The notes: generated by a model not told the origin, from the sequence alone. A stretch of DNA of 64,000 bases from Candidatus Bathyarchaeota archaeon (GCA_005888635.1 VBAW01000019.1:18776-82775), one strand, 5' to 3'; shown: positions 1 through 10,458, counted from the first letter of the stretch. Translations and numbers: made by a program.

Positions 1-109
1 ACATTGACAAATCCATCGAATCAGACAATAGATCTCGGACATACGAACATTAGCGGAGGAATCGGATCCAGGACCCATACTATCTACCTCTCAGTCGATC
101 AAGGAGTCC

Positions 110-2128
110 GTGCCAACGGCTCGTACAGGCTCGACCTCGTGTTTACAGCCAACGTTGTCTTGCTGGGCGGAGTGGTTGAGACGACTTTCTCGACAACGTT
201 ACATAGTAACTTCACCTTATCCGGCTTCTAAATCCCAGATCCTAGTGGTCCGATTGATTTCTACACCCGCCACGAAACTGGCCAGTGGAACAGTTACCAG
301 CCCGTCCAATCCGAGTCATCGGCCACTGGACATTGACACACTGTACCACACACGTGCGATACTCAGCGTGCAATGGTCTGTAGACGGCGAACATCTCTAC
401 TTCGACACGAACATAACAGGCCGCTACAACATCTGGGCAGTCCCTAGCAACCGCGGCTGGCCCGTACAACTAACAGTAAGCGACGAGAGAACCCTTCTTC
501 AGGAGCCATCTCCAGACGGTCGGTTTCTCCTTTACGCGCAGGATATTCAGGGGGACGAGAAGCCGAACTTCTACCTCTTGGATCTTACAGAATTCACGAT
601 CCGCAACATCACAAACACTGACAAGGTAGGATACCGGGACGCGAAGTGGTCGCCTGATGGAAGATCGCTCGTTTTCGCCGGAGAGCGTGATGGTCCGGGC
701 ACATATCCCGTTTTTCACTTTGACCCGGACAAGGGAACGATCAAGAAGATAATCGGACACGAGGCTGGCGACTGCGAGTCTCTCGAGTACAGCCCGGACG
801 GTCGCAAGCTCGCGCTGACAAGAACCCGGAACTATCAGTATACAGGTGCAAGCGTCTACGATTTTGAGACGGGGAACGAGACAATGCTTGCCCCGATTGA
901 CGACAAGTCAACCACGATAACCGGAGGCTGGACCCGAGATGGTAAACGGGTCTACGTTACTAGCAACGCAAACGATCGGGGAATAGACGCTGTCGCTCTG
1001 CTAGAACTGAAGCAGGGACCCGAGTTTCAATGGCTGACCTTGCAAGACTGGGACAGCCAACTAGTGGACGTGTCCCCGACGGAAGACAGGTTCGCCTACA
1101 TCGTGAACGAGGCAGGGAACCTGAGACTCCTCCTTCGAAATCTCAATGGGGAGGAAGAAGAGATTCCGCCAACACAGGGAGTTGTCCGTGCCGCGAGATT
1201 CTCGCCGGACGGGAAGCGCCTCGCGATTATCCACGCGTTAGGCGATAGTCCACACGACATCTGGGTCTATGACCTCAAAGCTCGAACCTTGAAACAGATC
1301 ACTGACTCCCTGGTCGGTGGTCTTCACCGGGAGAATTTCGTCAACCCCCAGCTCGTCGTCTATCCATCTTTTGACCAGACGCCTATTGCCAGTTTCCTAT
1401 ACGTCCCGGCCAACATCAAAGCCGATCACTCCCATCCGGCCATCGTCCTCTCCCATGGGGGCCCCCAGTGGGAACACTTCAACAGCTGGTTTCCCAACAT
1501 TCAATATTACACAAGCCACGGCTACCTGGTCATCGCGCCCAACTTCCGCGGGTCGACCGGCTTCGGGCGCGAATTCACCGAGTCGCTTAGAAAGGATGCC
1601 GGCGGAGGAGACCTCAAAGACCTGGTCGCAGCTGTCGACTACCTCAAGACTACCGGCTACGTTGATCCCAACCGGATCGCGATTACCGGCGGCTCGTGGG
1701 GAGGATACCTGACACTAATGGCGTTGACAAAATACCCGGACATATGGGCCGCGGGAGTAAGCATTGTCCCGCTCGCCAACTGGTTCACAGCCCACGAGAA
1801 CGAAGACCCTGTTCTGCAAAAGAATGACGAATGGCTGATGGGTGATCCTGTCGCGGACCGCGACCTCTGGCAGGACCGTTCACCCTTATTTTTCGCTAAT
1901 AGGATCCGCGCTCCGCTTCTACTCTTAGCAGGACAGAATGATATTCGCTGTCCGGTTAAGGAGACTGAGCAGATGGCTGAAGCGGCGAGAAAGAATGGGG
2001 TGACAGTTGACGTCAAGATTTACGAGAATGAGGGCCACGGGTTCGTGCGGCGGGAAAACGAGATCGATGCGATCAAGAGAGCGGCGAAGTTCCTAGAAAC
2101 TCACGTGGGCCAGCGGTCAGCGAAATGA
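110..2128 (+). CDS. S9 family serine peptidase (prolyl oligopeptidase / acylaminoacyl-peptidase-like); N-terminal beta-propeller, C-terminal alpha/beta hydrolase
   Basis: 672-aa ORF. The C-terminal half has the GGSWGG nucleophile elbow (GxSxGG), a downstream Asp and a HGF motif, as expected for the S9 catalytic triad. The N-terminal half has TolB-like repeats. The true start is probably an internal Met downstream of 110. Confidence 0.8.
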   Translation: MPTARTGSTSCLQPTLSCWAEWLRRLSRQRYIVTSPYPASKSQILVVRLISTPATKLASGTVTSPSNPSHRPLDIDTLYHTRAILSVQWSVDGEHLYFDTNITGRYNIWAVPSNRGWPVQLTVSDERTLLQEPSPDGRFLLYAQDIQGDEKPNFYLLDLTEFTIRNITNTDKVGYRDAKWSPDGRSLVFAGERDGPGTYPVFHFDPDKGTIKKIIGHEAGDCESLEYSPDGRKLALTRTRNYQYTGASVYDFETGNETMLAPIDDKSTTITGGWTRDGKRVYVTSNANDRGIDAVALLELKQGPEFQWLTLQDWDSQLVDVSPTEDRFAYIVNEAGNLRLLLRNLNGEEEEIPPTQGVVRAARFSPDGKRLAIIHALGDSPHDIWVYDLKARTLKQITDSLVGGLHRENFVNPQLVVYPSFDQTPIASFLYVPANIKADHSHPAIVLSHGGPQWEHFNSWFPNIQYYTSHGYLVIAPNFRGSTGFGREFTESLRKDAGGGDLKDLVAAVDYLKTTGYVDPNRIAITGGSWGGYLTLMALTKYPDIWAAGVSIVPLANWFTAHENEDPVLQKNDEWLMGDPVADRDLWQDRSPLFFANRIRAPLLLLAGQNDIRCPVKETEQMAEAARKNGVTVDVKIYENEGHGFVRRENEIDAIKRAAKFLETHVGQRSAK

Positions 2129-2229
2129 TAAGCACGCGATCCAGTCTTCCGATGGCCTAAGATGCGTATAGCGCGTGAAATGATTATATACTCTATATAG
2201 CTATCTATGAGTTAAGTGGGTTCTAAGCG

Positions 2230-2481
2230 TTGAACAAGATTATGCTTTCGTTGGCCGATGAGACTTTCCTCACAGTATCCTCTCAAGCAAAGAAGAGGGG
2301 CATTTCAGTGCAAGAATTGTTGAGAGCAGTGATTGTACCAGAATGGGTAAAGGAAAACCTGGGCCCACGCACCATCTCAACGCGCCCCGTAGAAATTGCA
2401 CTTGCACCAACCGCGCCCCAGATGAATCCGTATCATCGAAACCGAATACTCGACCACACAGTGGGCCAGCTAAAGTACTAA
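2230..2481 (+). CDS. Small ribbon-helix-helix (CopG/Arc-like) DNA-binding protein
   Basis: 83 aa. The segment ISVQELLRAVIVPEW is RHH-like and paralogous to ORF 54771..55025 (ITTQELIRAVIIPDW). Confidence 0.45.
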   Translation: MNKIMLSLADETFLTVSSQAKKRGISVQELLRAVIVPEWVKENLGPRTISTRPVEIALAPTAPQMNPYHRNRILDHTVGQLKY

Positions 2482-2675
2482 ACCGCAAATCCGTCCAGAT
2501 CTTATTACGACGGACGGTTGCTCGGTTCTAGCCTGCGTGTCTTCGGACGATACTTGTACGAGAAGCCTTCGGCAAATAGCCAGCTTTTTTTTGGCTAGTC
2601 GCGGCCTTTCATTTGATCGGACTTTGTGACTGGCCTGATAATACGACCGCTTCCAACACCTCTCCTCTTAGTTTG

Positions 2676-3008
2676 TCAAGACCCACTCTCGTCTAGAACT
2701 AATCCATTGCGGATAGCGTCCCTCACATAGATGCTTCTATGTCTCAACTGTCGAAACTCGTCCACTGTATAACCAAACGCTTCCAACGGAATCTTGTTTG
2801 TCCACGCTTTGTGGAGATAGCTCAATCTCTCAGAGAACGGCATTTTCGAGAAATCGTCGGAAATGATTATGAGGTCAACATCGCTATCCTCTCGCTGCGT
2901 TCCCCTAGCCCAAGACCCGGTTAGTATTGCCTTGTTGACGAAAATGCTTGGACCCAGTTTCTTCACATACCCCTTGACTACTCTCTGGATGCCCCTCTTT
3001 GTTGGCAA
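2676..3008 (-). CDS. Minimal nucleotidyltransferase (MNT-type, TA-associated)
   Basis: GSWARGTQREDSDVDLIIIS matches the hG[GS]...DxD motif of pol-beta superfamily NTases. Confidence 0.7.
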   Translation of the reverse strand: MPTKRGIQRVVKGYVKKLGPSIFVNKAILTGSWARGTQREDSDVDLIIISDDFSKMPFSERLSYLHKAWTNKIPLEAFGYTVDEFRQLRHRSIYVRDAIRNGLVLDESGS

Positions 3009-3166
3009 CGGACGAGTCCTTTCTACAAACTAGGAACGTCTGTGCATACTCCATATGAAGAGTGTCTTCGAGTTTTCCTAGACCGCCTACGGAATTTTTG
3101 CAGCTCTGTATCCACTGTTGACATTTGTAAAACGTCAAATGCAGGCTGACCTTCAGTCAAGGAGTA

Positions 3167-3811
3167 TTGTCTACGCAAGAGGGAGGACGGGCACCGCGAA
3201 GACCTCGACCGAGGCTGGAGACTCTCTCTGACCTGATCTACGGATTGTCGTTGTCGATCGGCGCGATCAGCCTAGTGATAACCAACAGCCAATCGTCGAG
3301 CGCTAGCGATATCAACAGGAACATTCTTGATTTTCTCTTCGTCTTCCTCATCCTGATTACAAGCTGGATAATCTACACGAGCGACATGTCGGTTCTACCG
3401 ATCGAGACCCGTCTCATAACATTCCTCAACGTTGTTCTCCTCATGCTCGTTGCAATCATCCCATACCTCTTTGATCAGGTCGTGTCTACTTTCAATCCAC
3501 TCAGCGTTCAGGAGTATGCGTCGATCCTATTCACAGCCGACTTCGCTGGCTCGCTATTGATATTGGCCATTTTTGCCCACATCATCGCACAGGAAGAAGA
3601 GCATCTCGTCGATGGAGAAATAATGATAAGGTTCCGGAGGATCAGAAACAGGCTAAGTCTCCTGACAGTCATAGTGCTCCTCTCGCTTGCTGCCCCATGG
3701 GACTGGTTCTTCCTTGGAATACACGTCAGACTCCTGGTTTGGTATGTGCCAATAGTTTCGTTCTGGTTGAACAGATTTGAGCAAGCTCCCCGTTCGGATT
3801 ACCAAGACTAA
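3167..3811 (+). CDS. DUF1211 / TMEM175-like membrane protein (putative K+ channel family)
   Basis: The N-terminal RLETLSDLIYGLSLSIGAISLV matches the RxxxFSDGVFAIAITLL signature of DUF1211. Several TM helices follow. Confidence 0.5.
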   Translation: MSTQEGGRAPRRPRPRLETLSDLIYGLSLSIGAISLVITNSQSSSASDINRNILDFLFVFLILITSWIIYTSDMSVLPIETRLITFLNVVLLMLVAIIPYLFDQVVSTFNPLSVQEYASILFTADFAGSLLILAIFAHIIAQEEEHLVDGEIMIRFRRIRNRLSLLTVIVLLSLAAPWDWFFLGIHVRLLVWYVPIVSFWLNRFEQAPRSDYQD

Positions 3812-3880
3812 CCCGGAACCGGTAGGCTAGATCAAGCGTGGAACGAGACCAGCTAAATATGCCGAGGCCGAGCTCGACTC

Positions 3881-4567
3881 ATGAGTGATCCGGTTCTCCC
3901 CCTCGTCGAACCTGATCTTGTCGGAATCTGGAGAAAGAACGTCTGGTGGTTCGGTCTACGGTGGCCGTTCAGCCTGGTCCTCTTCTCCTGGGTTACCGTA
4001 GCTTCGACGCTAGCTCCCGAGTTCCACCTAGACCGATACCTGTTGACGATGCTCGCGGGATTCTTCGGTCTCGTAATAGGAGCCCACTATATCGACATAG
4101 CGGGTAGCAGTGACAAGTATCTTCCATATTTTCCGAAGATGAACCGTGAGGCGATTAGAGTTGTGGGCGTTTTGGCCGTTCTGGTGGGGGTCGCTGTTGG
4201 AGCCTACATGTCGCTGGTCTACTCGATCTGGTTCCTCATCTTTGTTGTTCTGGGAGGATTCTTCGCGTTGTTCTATCCCATCGAGAAGCCAAAGTGGTTG
4301 CACACGTACGCAGGGTTTGGTGTCGCCTGGGGCTTCATGCCCGTCCTAGCCAGCTACTACATCCAAGCGCTACGGATCGACCTCGTCGGACTCGGCCTAG
4401 CAGTCTTTCTCGGGATCACGGTGGTCGAGATGCATCACATGGCAGTCCTGACAAACGAGAAGAAGTATGCTATGGAAACTAACAAGAATGCCCGACTATT
4501 GTTGAAGATTCACAGAGCGGCCGCATATGCGATCGGGCTGATACTCCTCATATCGCGACTGATATAG
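3881..4567 (+). CDS. Polytopic membrane protein, function unknown
   Basis: 228-aa ORF with 6-7 predicted hydrophobic helices. It lacks the UbiA NDxxD motif. Confidence 0.5.
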   Translation: MSDPVLPLVEPDLVGIWRKNVWWFGLRWPFSLVLFSWVTVASTLAPEFHLDRYLLTMLAGFFGLVIGAHYIDIAGSSDKYLPYFPKMNREAIRVVGVLAVLVGVAVGAYMSLVYSIWFLIFVVLGGFFALFYPIEKPKWLHTYAGFGVAWGFMPVLASYYIQALRIDLVGLGLAVFLGITVVEMHHMAVLTNEKKYAMETNKNARLLLKIHRAAAYAIGLILLISRLI

Positions 4568-4933
4568 GCCGGATCGTTGAATATGCAGATGAGCATTTGT
4601 GAGCTCTGACTGGGCTCGTCTTCTGGCGCGATACTTGGAGTTGACAAAAACCAATCCGTAGATCATGAACGTGTAGAATAGTACGTCTAGCCCGAAGCTT
4701 AGCCAGTCAGAGCCGATGGCGAGCAAGCATGACGCGGAAATTGCGATGCCAGGTGGTGGGCACCCTCCAGTCTTCCACGGGAAGGGGAAGCCATAGCCGC
4801 TGGCCGAGTTGCCGATCGTCACCGTGGACAGTGCAAGGATCGTTCCTATCAGAATGAGAGTAGGCCAGAGCAGAATCGGCCGAGTTATTGATCCAACGTC
4901 AGCATCGCACGTGAATATTCCGGCTGCGAAAGG

Positions 4934-5185
4934 TCATTTCCACTTGTGAACGGCGATGCCTATGAACGCTGATCCTATAGCGACGAAGACTCCTATGACT
5001 AGACCAGCGTAGCCTACCGTTGGGGACACGTTCGCGGGATTGTAGAGGTTCCCTGCATCGGGATTGTTCATAACCATCGCATCCCCTATCTTACCTAGGC
5101 CGACCGTCATTCCCACTGTAATCAGTACGATTCCTAGGATCAGCAAGAACGCCGGGGCCGCGTCGAATCTGGCAGGCGTGGTCAA
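4934..5185 (-). CDS. Small membrane protein
   Basis: 83 aa with two hydrophobic helices. Confidence 0.35.
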   Translation of the reverse strand: MTTPARFDAAPAFLLILGIVLITVGMTVGLGKIGDAMVMNNPDAGNLYNPANVSPTVGYAGLVIGVFVAIGSAFIGIAVHKWK

Positions 5186-5408
5186 GATTTGGAACGGAAC
5201 CTCATTGAGACCGCGCGTTGGCTGTGTTTAAGCGAATCGGATACCAGAGAAGCACGCCTAAGGACGAGCGGAGTGTCGATTCCCTTCGACCTGGTTTATG
5301 TTAAATTCGCGCAGTTTCATTTCCTTTTAGGCTTTCTACTTTCAGTGGATTCTCGAACGAACTGGCGGTTGGGATAGCGCGTCCCAGTGTTTGATGCGGT
5401 TTGAACCG

Positions 5409-5783
5409 CTATTTTTTCGAGGACTGTTTCGCATAGTCCGTCAAGCCTTGGAAATCGACCACGACAACCGGCTCATTTCCAACGACCCACGCATCATGAC
5501 CCGGAGGCACTAACGATATTTCTCCGGGGCCGACATCCTTCGCGGTACCATCATTCATCACGATATGAAGAACGCCGGAGACGTGGTATTGAAAGTGGGG
5601 AGCTTCGCAGCTGTCGGTCTTCGCTATCGGTTTCACATGCTTCGACCACCTCCATCCGGGTTCGAACTTGGCTCGGCCTATCGTGCCTCCGCCCATTTTT
5701 ACAAGCTCGATCTTTCCATTCTCGAACTTGCGAACCTCGTCTGGGGAATTGAGATGCTTTACTTCCATCTTAGATGAAGGCAT
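5409..5783 (-). CDS. Cupin domain protein
   Basis: 124 aa with small-barrel cupin motifs (HxH...G...PPGxxH-like: HFQYHVSGVLHIV ... PPGHDAWV). Confidence 0.7.
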   Translation of the reverse strand: MPSSKMEVKHLNSPDEVRKFENGKIELVKMGGGTIGRAKFEPGWRWSKHVKPIAKTDSCEAPHFQYHVSGVLHIVMNDGTAKDVGPGEISLVPPGHDAWVVGNEPVVVVDFQGLTDYAKQSSKK

Positions 5784-5900
5784 AGAACCGTCGTTCGAAC
5801 CGTCGATTATAAGACTTGTAGTCCACGGGATCTATGGAACAAATCAGACAGAATTAGGAATCTAAAAAAAGAAGGGGGTTTTCTGGTGGATGCTGTATTC

Positions 5901-7763
5901 TCAGAATGATCCTGTTGCGGTTACGATGTCTTGCTGGTGTACTGTCGTGGGTACGAACTGGAAGCCGTACCACCAGACGACTGTCTGCACGTTGTTCGTG
6001 TCGCACCATACGGCGTGGAAGTTGTTGTTGGAATCCACTGCTAGGTCTGTGTAGTCGCCGATGAAGCCTCCACCGAAGTGATATCGCGAGTTGATCGGGT
6101 GTGTGGTGACTGTCTGAGTTGTGCTGGTTGTTAGGTCTGTGACGACATAGTCGAGTCGTGCGTTGTTGACGTAGTTGCCGAGCGTTAGGCAATTAATACG
6201 TCCAACAGCTGTGGGGCTGGCGGGTTGAGCGCAGGTCTGCCACGGAGAAACAACATCTGCGGCATAGCTTGAGATGTAGACGTTGCCGTTGGGGCCAATG
6301 GCGACAGCAGGGAAGAAGGTGTCGACTCGTTGGGCTGCGGGGGCGATTAGTGTGCCGCCACTGGGCTGGGCTTGTGGGTAGCCGATGGCTGTCCGAGAGG
6401 ATGCGTCGAGAGCGGCGAAGGCGAGTTGGGGTGTTGACCAGCTGGCTCCAGCATCGGTTGACTTGCTCCAGTAGACTGCTGCGTGGCAGACGGTATTGCT
6501 CGAAAAGCAGGTCGCGTCGACTCCGTAAGAGGTTGCTGTGTTCAGGGCTTCAGTCGACCATGCGGCATAGACGTCCCCGTTCGGAGCGACTGCTCCTGCT
6601 GGGAAGCTGTTGACTCTGAAGACCGAGTTTTGTGGCGAGTGGATGTCGACTAGGGGCGCGATGGCCAGGGGCCGGGTCCAAGTATCTCCACCGTCCGTGG
6701 ATTTGGTCATCCATGTGCTGTCGAAGGATCCGAGGCGAGTGTCACCGTCCCAGAGGACGTAGACGGTGCCATCGGGTCCGACCATGACGTGAGAGCCTTG
6801 GCCGTAGAGAACGTTACCCGAGATTAGTTGTAATGTGCTGAAGGTCTGGCCTCCGTCAGTCGAGTAAGCGAAGATTATGGGAGATTGGACATACCCGCCA
6901 GTGTGCGGGTTGAAGATGAACCGTGTCCAGCTGACGTAGATCCGTCCATAGAATGAGCTAGATGGGTTATTGTCTACTGCGCTCCAAGGCTTGTCGTTGA
7001 GGGTTGAGGGGGCGGTTGTTTGTCCGATGAACGTGGGTGGTCCCCAGTGTAGAGCGCCACTAGTGTCGAAGGCTCCCTTGCTCAGAGTGACGGTGTTGGG
7101 CGGTGCTGTCCGGTCGAATCCTAGGCCGACGAAGTAGACGTTGCCATGATTGTCGAAGAAGACGGTGGAGTCGCCGCCTGCATCGTAAATCCCGCCGGTG
7201 AGACGTTCTACTCCTGGGATGAGTGTTCCCAAATGTGATGGGTCTGTGGCTACGCAGCACCATGTCTGGCCGCCATCGTTGGAATAGTGTGTTCCGGAAT
7301 AGCCGTCGCCGAGAGCGCTGCACGGAGTGCCTCCGACAGTACACGACCATGTTCGCGTAACATAGTCGTTTGATCCCGCGACGATCCGGTTCGCATTGTT
7401 CGGATCCACAGCTATGGTCGGCTCGTTCTGTGAAGCCGCGAGAGTGTCCTGGTTGACGGTTACGTCGGGGGCTGTGACGGTCGAGCCGTCGAGGTTGCTG
7501 CTGAGGACGTATGTCGGCGTGATAGCAGTGTTAGGAGTAGGGTTCGCGGCCAGATCGCTCATGTCAGCTTCCTGCTGTAAGAAGTTGGAGAGTGTGACGA
7601 GGAGGCCGGGGGTGCTCTGTACCGAGGCGAGCTTGCCTGCTAGCGTATTGGTGTTGAAGTGGGTACTGTCAACTCTGAGGGCTGGAGAGGCTACTGCGCC
7701 TTGCATTCCGCTTATGGTTATGGCGAGTGTTAGTGCTAGAATGAGGGATGCTACAATTTTCAT
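5901..7763 (-). CDS. Secreted BNR/Asp-box repeat protein (sialidase/glycosyl-hydrolase-like beta-propeller)
   Basis: Signal peptide plus four Asp-box repeats (SNDGGQTW, STDGGQTFS, STDGGDTWTRP, STDAGASWSTP). Confidence 0.75.
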   Translation of the reverse strand: MKIVASLILALTLAITISGMQGAVASPALRVDSTHFNTNTLAGKLASVQSTPGLLVTLSNFLQQEADMSDLAANPTPNTAITPTYVLSSNLDGSTVTAPDVTVNQDTLAASQNEPTIAVDPNNANRIVAGSNDYVTRTWSCTVGGTPCSALGDGYSGTHYSNDGGQTWCCVATDPSHLGTLIPGVERLTGGIYDAGGDSTVFFDNHGNVYFVGLGFDRTAPPNTVTLSKGAFDTSGALHWGPPTFIGQTTAPSTLNDKPWSAVDNNPSSSFYGRIYVSWTRFIFNPHTGGYVQSPIIFAYSTDGGQTFSTLQLISGNVLYGQGSHVMVGPDGTVYVLWDGDTRLGSFDSTWMTKSTDGGDTWTRPLAIAPLVDIHSPQNSVFRVNSFPAGAVAPNGDVYAAWSTEALNTATSYGVDATCFSSNTVCHAAVYWSKSTDAGASWSTPQLAFAALDASSRTAIGYPQAQPSGGTLIAPAAQRVDTFFPAVAIGPNGNVYISSYAADVVSPWQTCAQPASPTAVGRINCLTLGNYVNNARLDYVVTDLTTSTTQTVTTHPINSRYHFGGGFIGDYTDLAVDSNNNFHAVWCDTNNVQTVVWWYGFQFVPTTVHQQDIVTATGSF

Positions 7764-7876
7764 AATAGGATGTCGGCTCGCGTTCCGGATTTAAGAATAC
7801 CGGTATATCTAGGGATTGCGCCTCATAGCTCGCGGAAGACTTTTGCGTACGGACTCGTATCGAAGATACTTCTAGA

Positions 7877-9406
7877 TTACTGAGATGGCGGGGTCTGACC
7901 AGTTCTTCTTCTCAGCAGATAAATGGCAGCTCCGGCTACAGCGATGATAGCGACGGCTACGCCGATGAATACGGTTAGCGGAAGGGTGCCAGTTCCCGAT
8001 GTGATAGATCCTACGGTTACCTCGACGGTTGTGGAATGGGTCAAGGTCCCGTTGGTCACGGTCACGGTGACCGGGTAGCTGCCCGTTGCCGTTGGATAGG
8101 TTCCTCCCGGAACTGACACCGTCATGTTTGATGTCACAATTCCTCCTGATGCTAGAGTGACTGATGCGGGGCTGAATGTTACGGTCGGCCCAGGTTGAGA
8201 AACGGTTCCCGTGAGCGTTAGTGTGCCTTTGAATCCGCTGAGACTTGTAAGGGTGATTGTTGTGGTTGCTGTAGAGCCTTGAGCTATGCTCAAGGAGGGA
8301 AGGCTGGCCTTTATGTTAAAGTCTGGGATGGTGACAGTAATGTTGACTGTTGTCATGTTTGCAGTTGAACCGCTCGTACCGTTGATTGTGGCAGTGTAGA
8401 ATCCGGGTGGAGTTGTAGAAGTTGATACAGTCATTGTCGATGTTCCGCTTCCTCCTGACGAGATAGTGACGGAAGCTGGGTTGAAAGAAAGGCTCAGCGC
8501 TGCTTGAGAGACTCTTGAGGTTAGCGTGATTGTGCCGGAGAATCCGTTGAGACTTGTCAGAGTTATCGTGCTGCTGTTAGAGGATACGCCTTGAATCACG
8601 CTGAGTGAGGCGGGACTAGAGGTTATGCTGAAGTGGGGAACAGTGATTGTTACCAAGACTGTTGTCGTGTTTGTGGTCGAGCCGCTCGCACCGTTGACTG
8701 TCACAGTATAGGTCCCACCGGGCGTTGAGGCGCTCGTGGAGACGATTACTGTGGATGTTGCGGGTGATCCGGGGGAAACGCTAACGCTTGTCGGCATCAT
8801 AGATGCGGTGGGTCCCGTGGGCGAGACGGATGCGCCAAGATTGATTGTTCCAGTGAACCCATGCTCGCTGCTGAGGGATATGGTTGAAGCGCTTGATGAG
8901 CCCTGTAAGATGGTGAGCGAGGATGGATTTGGTGCCATCGAGAAGCCGGGTGGTTGAACAATGAACATTCCCTTCATGCTCCCTGGGTGGACCGTGCAGT
9001 AGTAGGTGAAACTTCCGTCCGTGCTAGCCTTGAATGTGACCGTTCCTCCTGTCGTGGTTACGCCAGTGCAAGGGTCCGCGGACGGCGAACAATCTGACAC
9101 ATCGGTACCGTCTTTGTCAACATCAAGTAGAAATTGATGATACACGCCGGAGTCCCCGTTTGACCAGACGATTGTTACAGTGTCTCCCTGCTCAACGGCT
9201 ATTGTCGGGTTGGGATTTGTTGTTCCGTTCCAGCCCGAAGCGTAGTATGCTACCAGATGGATCGTCACGGTTGAGGCGTGCGCAGTTTGAAATATTGTGC
9301 CGGGAGGAAGGAGGAGTATGGCGACTGCAAGAATGAACGTGGCCGAGGCGGCCTGCAGTAGGTGTGCGCGCTTCGTCAAGACGAAGCTTCTACATTCATA
9401 GTACAT
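7877..9406 (-). CDS. Cell-surface protein: N-terminal type-1 copper (cupredoxin) domain, three Ig-like repeats, C-terminal TM anchor
   Basis: YYCTVHPGSMKGMFIV is a Cys-His-Met blue-copper ligand loop. There are three ~90-aa repeats (NGFSGTITLTS / SGFKGTLTLTG / HGFTGTINLGAS). The C-terminal hydrophobic helix is followed by RRRTG. Confidence 0.7.
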   Translation of the reverse strand: MYYECRSFVLTKRAHLLQAASATFILAVAILLLPPGTIFQTAHASTVTIHLVAYYASGWNGTTNPNPTIAVEQGDTVTIVWSNGDSGVYHQFLLDVDKDGTDVSDCSPSADPCTGVTTTGGTVTFKASTDGSFTYYCTVHPGSMKGMFIVQPPGFSMAPNPSSLTILQGSSSASTISLSSEHGFTGTINLGASVSPTGPTASMMPTSVSVSPGSPATSTVIVSTSASTPGGTYTVTVNGASGSTTNTTTVLVTITVPHFSITSSPASLSVIQGVSSNSSTITLTSLNGFSGTITLTSRVSQAALSLSFNPASVTISSGGSGTSTMTVSTSTTPPGFYTATINGTSGSTANMTTVNITVTIPDFNIKASLPSLSIAQGSTATTTITLTSLSGFKGTLTLTGTVSQPGPTVTFSPASVTLASGGIVTSNMTVSVPGGTYPTATGSYPVTVTVTNGTLTHSTTVEVTVGSITSGTGTLPLTVFIGVAVAIIAVAGAAIYLLRRRTGQTPPSQ

Positions 9407-9514
9407 TAATAGAGATATCTGTCACATGAGAACCAGATACAGGCGATAAAGACGTCGCCTACAGCTATTTGAGACGAGTCGAGAAGGAGATTTTCTCGTC
9501 GGAGGCTGGCTTAT

Positions 9515-9853
9515 TCAAGGTGGATTCGTCGATACAGTCGTATGCTCAGAACCGATATTCTTCTTCGCAACCACACGCTCAGTCTTCACAATCACCTTCT
9601 TGACGATCTCCAAATAATTGAGCGCTTCATGAATTCCAGCAGCCACAAAACCGACACCCTGAGCAATCTCCCGGTTCGAAAACTTCTTCGACGTACGACT
9701 AAGATCCTTCTCCACACCCTCCAAATACCGCCTAAACTCCTTCATAGCTAGCAAGGTCTCTTCCGCTTTCTCACTCGGAGTCTGCACAGTTCCCTTGCCC
9801 AACCGACTTACCCTCAAGGGCTTCGAGAGAACGGCGATAAGAGGATGGTTCAA
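9515..9853 (-). CDS. Hypothetical protein
   Basis: 112-aa ORF with no recognisable motif. Confidence 0.3.
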   Translation of the reverse strand: MNHPLIAVLSKPLRVSRLGKGTVQTPSEKAEETLLAMKEFRRYLEGVEKDLSRTSKKFSNREIAQGVGFVAAGIHEALNYLEIVKKVIVKTERVVAKKNIGSEHTTVSTNPP

Positions 9854-10029
9854 CCTAGCAGCCGAGAAACCGGTGACATTCGCGATAACCTATCCTTAGG
9901 GCCGTGGAGCCAGTAAGCAGATTGAGGAATCTATCTCTTCATAGAAACTTCAGCTTCCGGTACAAAGAGCAGCGTCTCGAGGATCGAGTACTTTGGAGAT
10001 TTCTTCGGTTGGTATCTCTCAGAATAAGG

Positions 10030-10156
10030 ACTAGATTTTTGCGAGCTTTTCTAGGAGTTCGAGGTCTCTACGGAGGTTCTTCTCGGCGATCCTCCTAAAC
10101 TCCTTGTCGATGTTGGGCTTTTCGACGCCCTTCTTCTTCCTTGGTTGCTGTGTCAT
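10030..10156 (-). CDS. Small Lys-rich ORF (41 aa) translationally coupled (ATGA overlap) to the Doc-like gene
   Basis: Reverse-complement translation gives MTQQPRKKKGVEKPNIDKEFRRIAEKNLRRDLELLEKLAKI. Its ATG overlaps the Doc-like stop codon. Confidence 0.3.
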
Positions 10157-10404
10157 GATTCTGCCCTAGATCTTCGCTTTTTCTTGGCTAAATTCGTTAC
10201 TATCCAATCCTCAACCTGCGTCTCTGACGCGTTGCCAGCTCCCAGATCGGAAAGAACACGGTAGATCTCGTCAGTCTTGGCCCGGAGAACGTATCCGTTC
10301 AGTTCTAGAAAAGCGTCTACAACTTCGAAGGCTGTCCTCTTGTTTCCGTTGATGAACGGATGGTGAGTCACGAGACTGTGAAGTAGAAAGGCAGCCTTCT
10401 TCAC
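10153..10404 (-). CDS. Doc/Fic family toxin-like protein (possibly N-terminally truncated)
   Basis: HPFINGNKRTA matches the HxFx(D/N)GNKR Fic/Doc active-site motif. The ORF uses a GTG start, and the reading frame is open right up to the stop of the upstream gene with no ATG. Confidence 0.6.
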   Translation of the reverse strand: MKKAAFLLHSLVTHHPFINGNKRTAFEVVDAFLELNGYVLRAKTDEIYRVLSDLGAGNASETQVEDWIVTNLAKKKRRSRAES

Positions 10405-10458
10405 TACAGCTTTCTGCCTATGGGAGTCCGGGTGATTGTTCCGAAGTACTCTGCTGAC

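Noticed and set aside
1030-2016. Internal or antisense ORFs within the S9 peptidase gene (1030..1248, 1317..1712, 1657..2016) and similar overlapping ORFs in other large genes (e.g. 6269..6613, 7060..7350, 19243..19641, 23836..24099, 38159..38571)
   Set aside because: They are fully embedded in longer ORFs with clear domain content and have Arg/Pro/Ser-rich low-complexity translations typical of alternative frames in GC-rich coding DNA.
4496-4822. 108-aa minus-strand ORF overlapping the 3' end of gene 3881..4567
   Set aside because: Only its first ~55 residues are hydrophobic and membrane-like. The rest runs antisense through a well-supported plus-strand gene, so the start and extent are unreliable and it is not reported as a feature.
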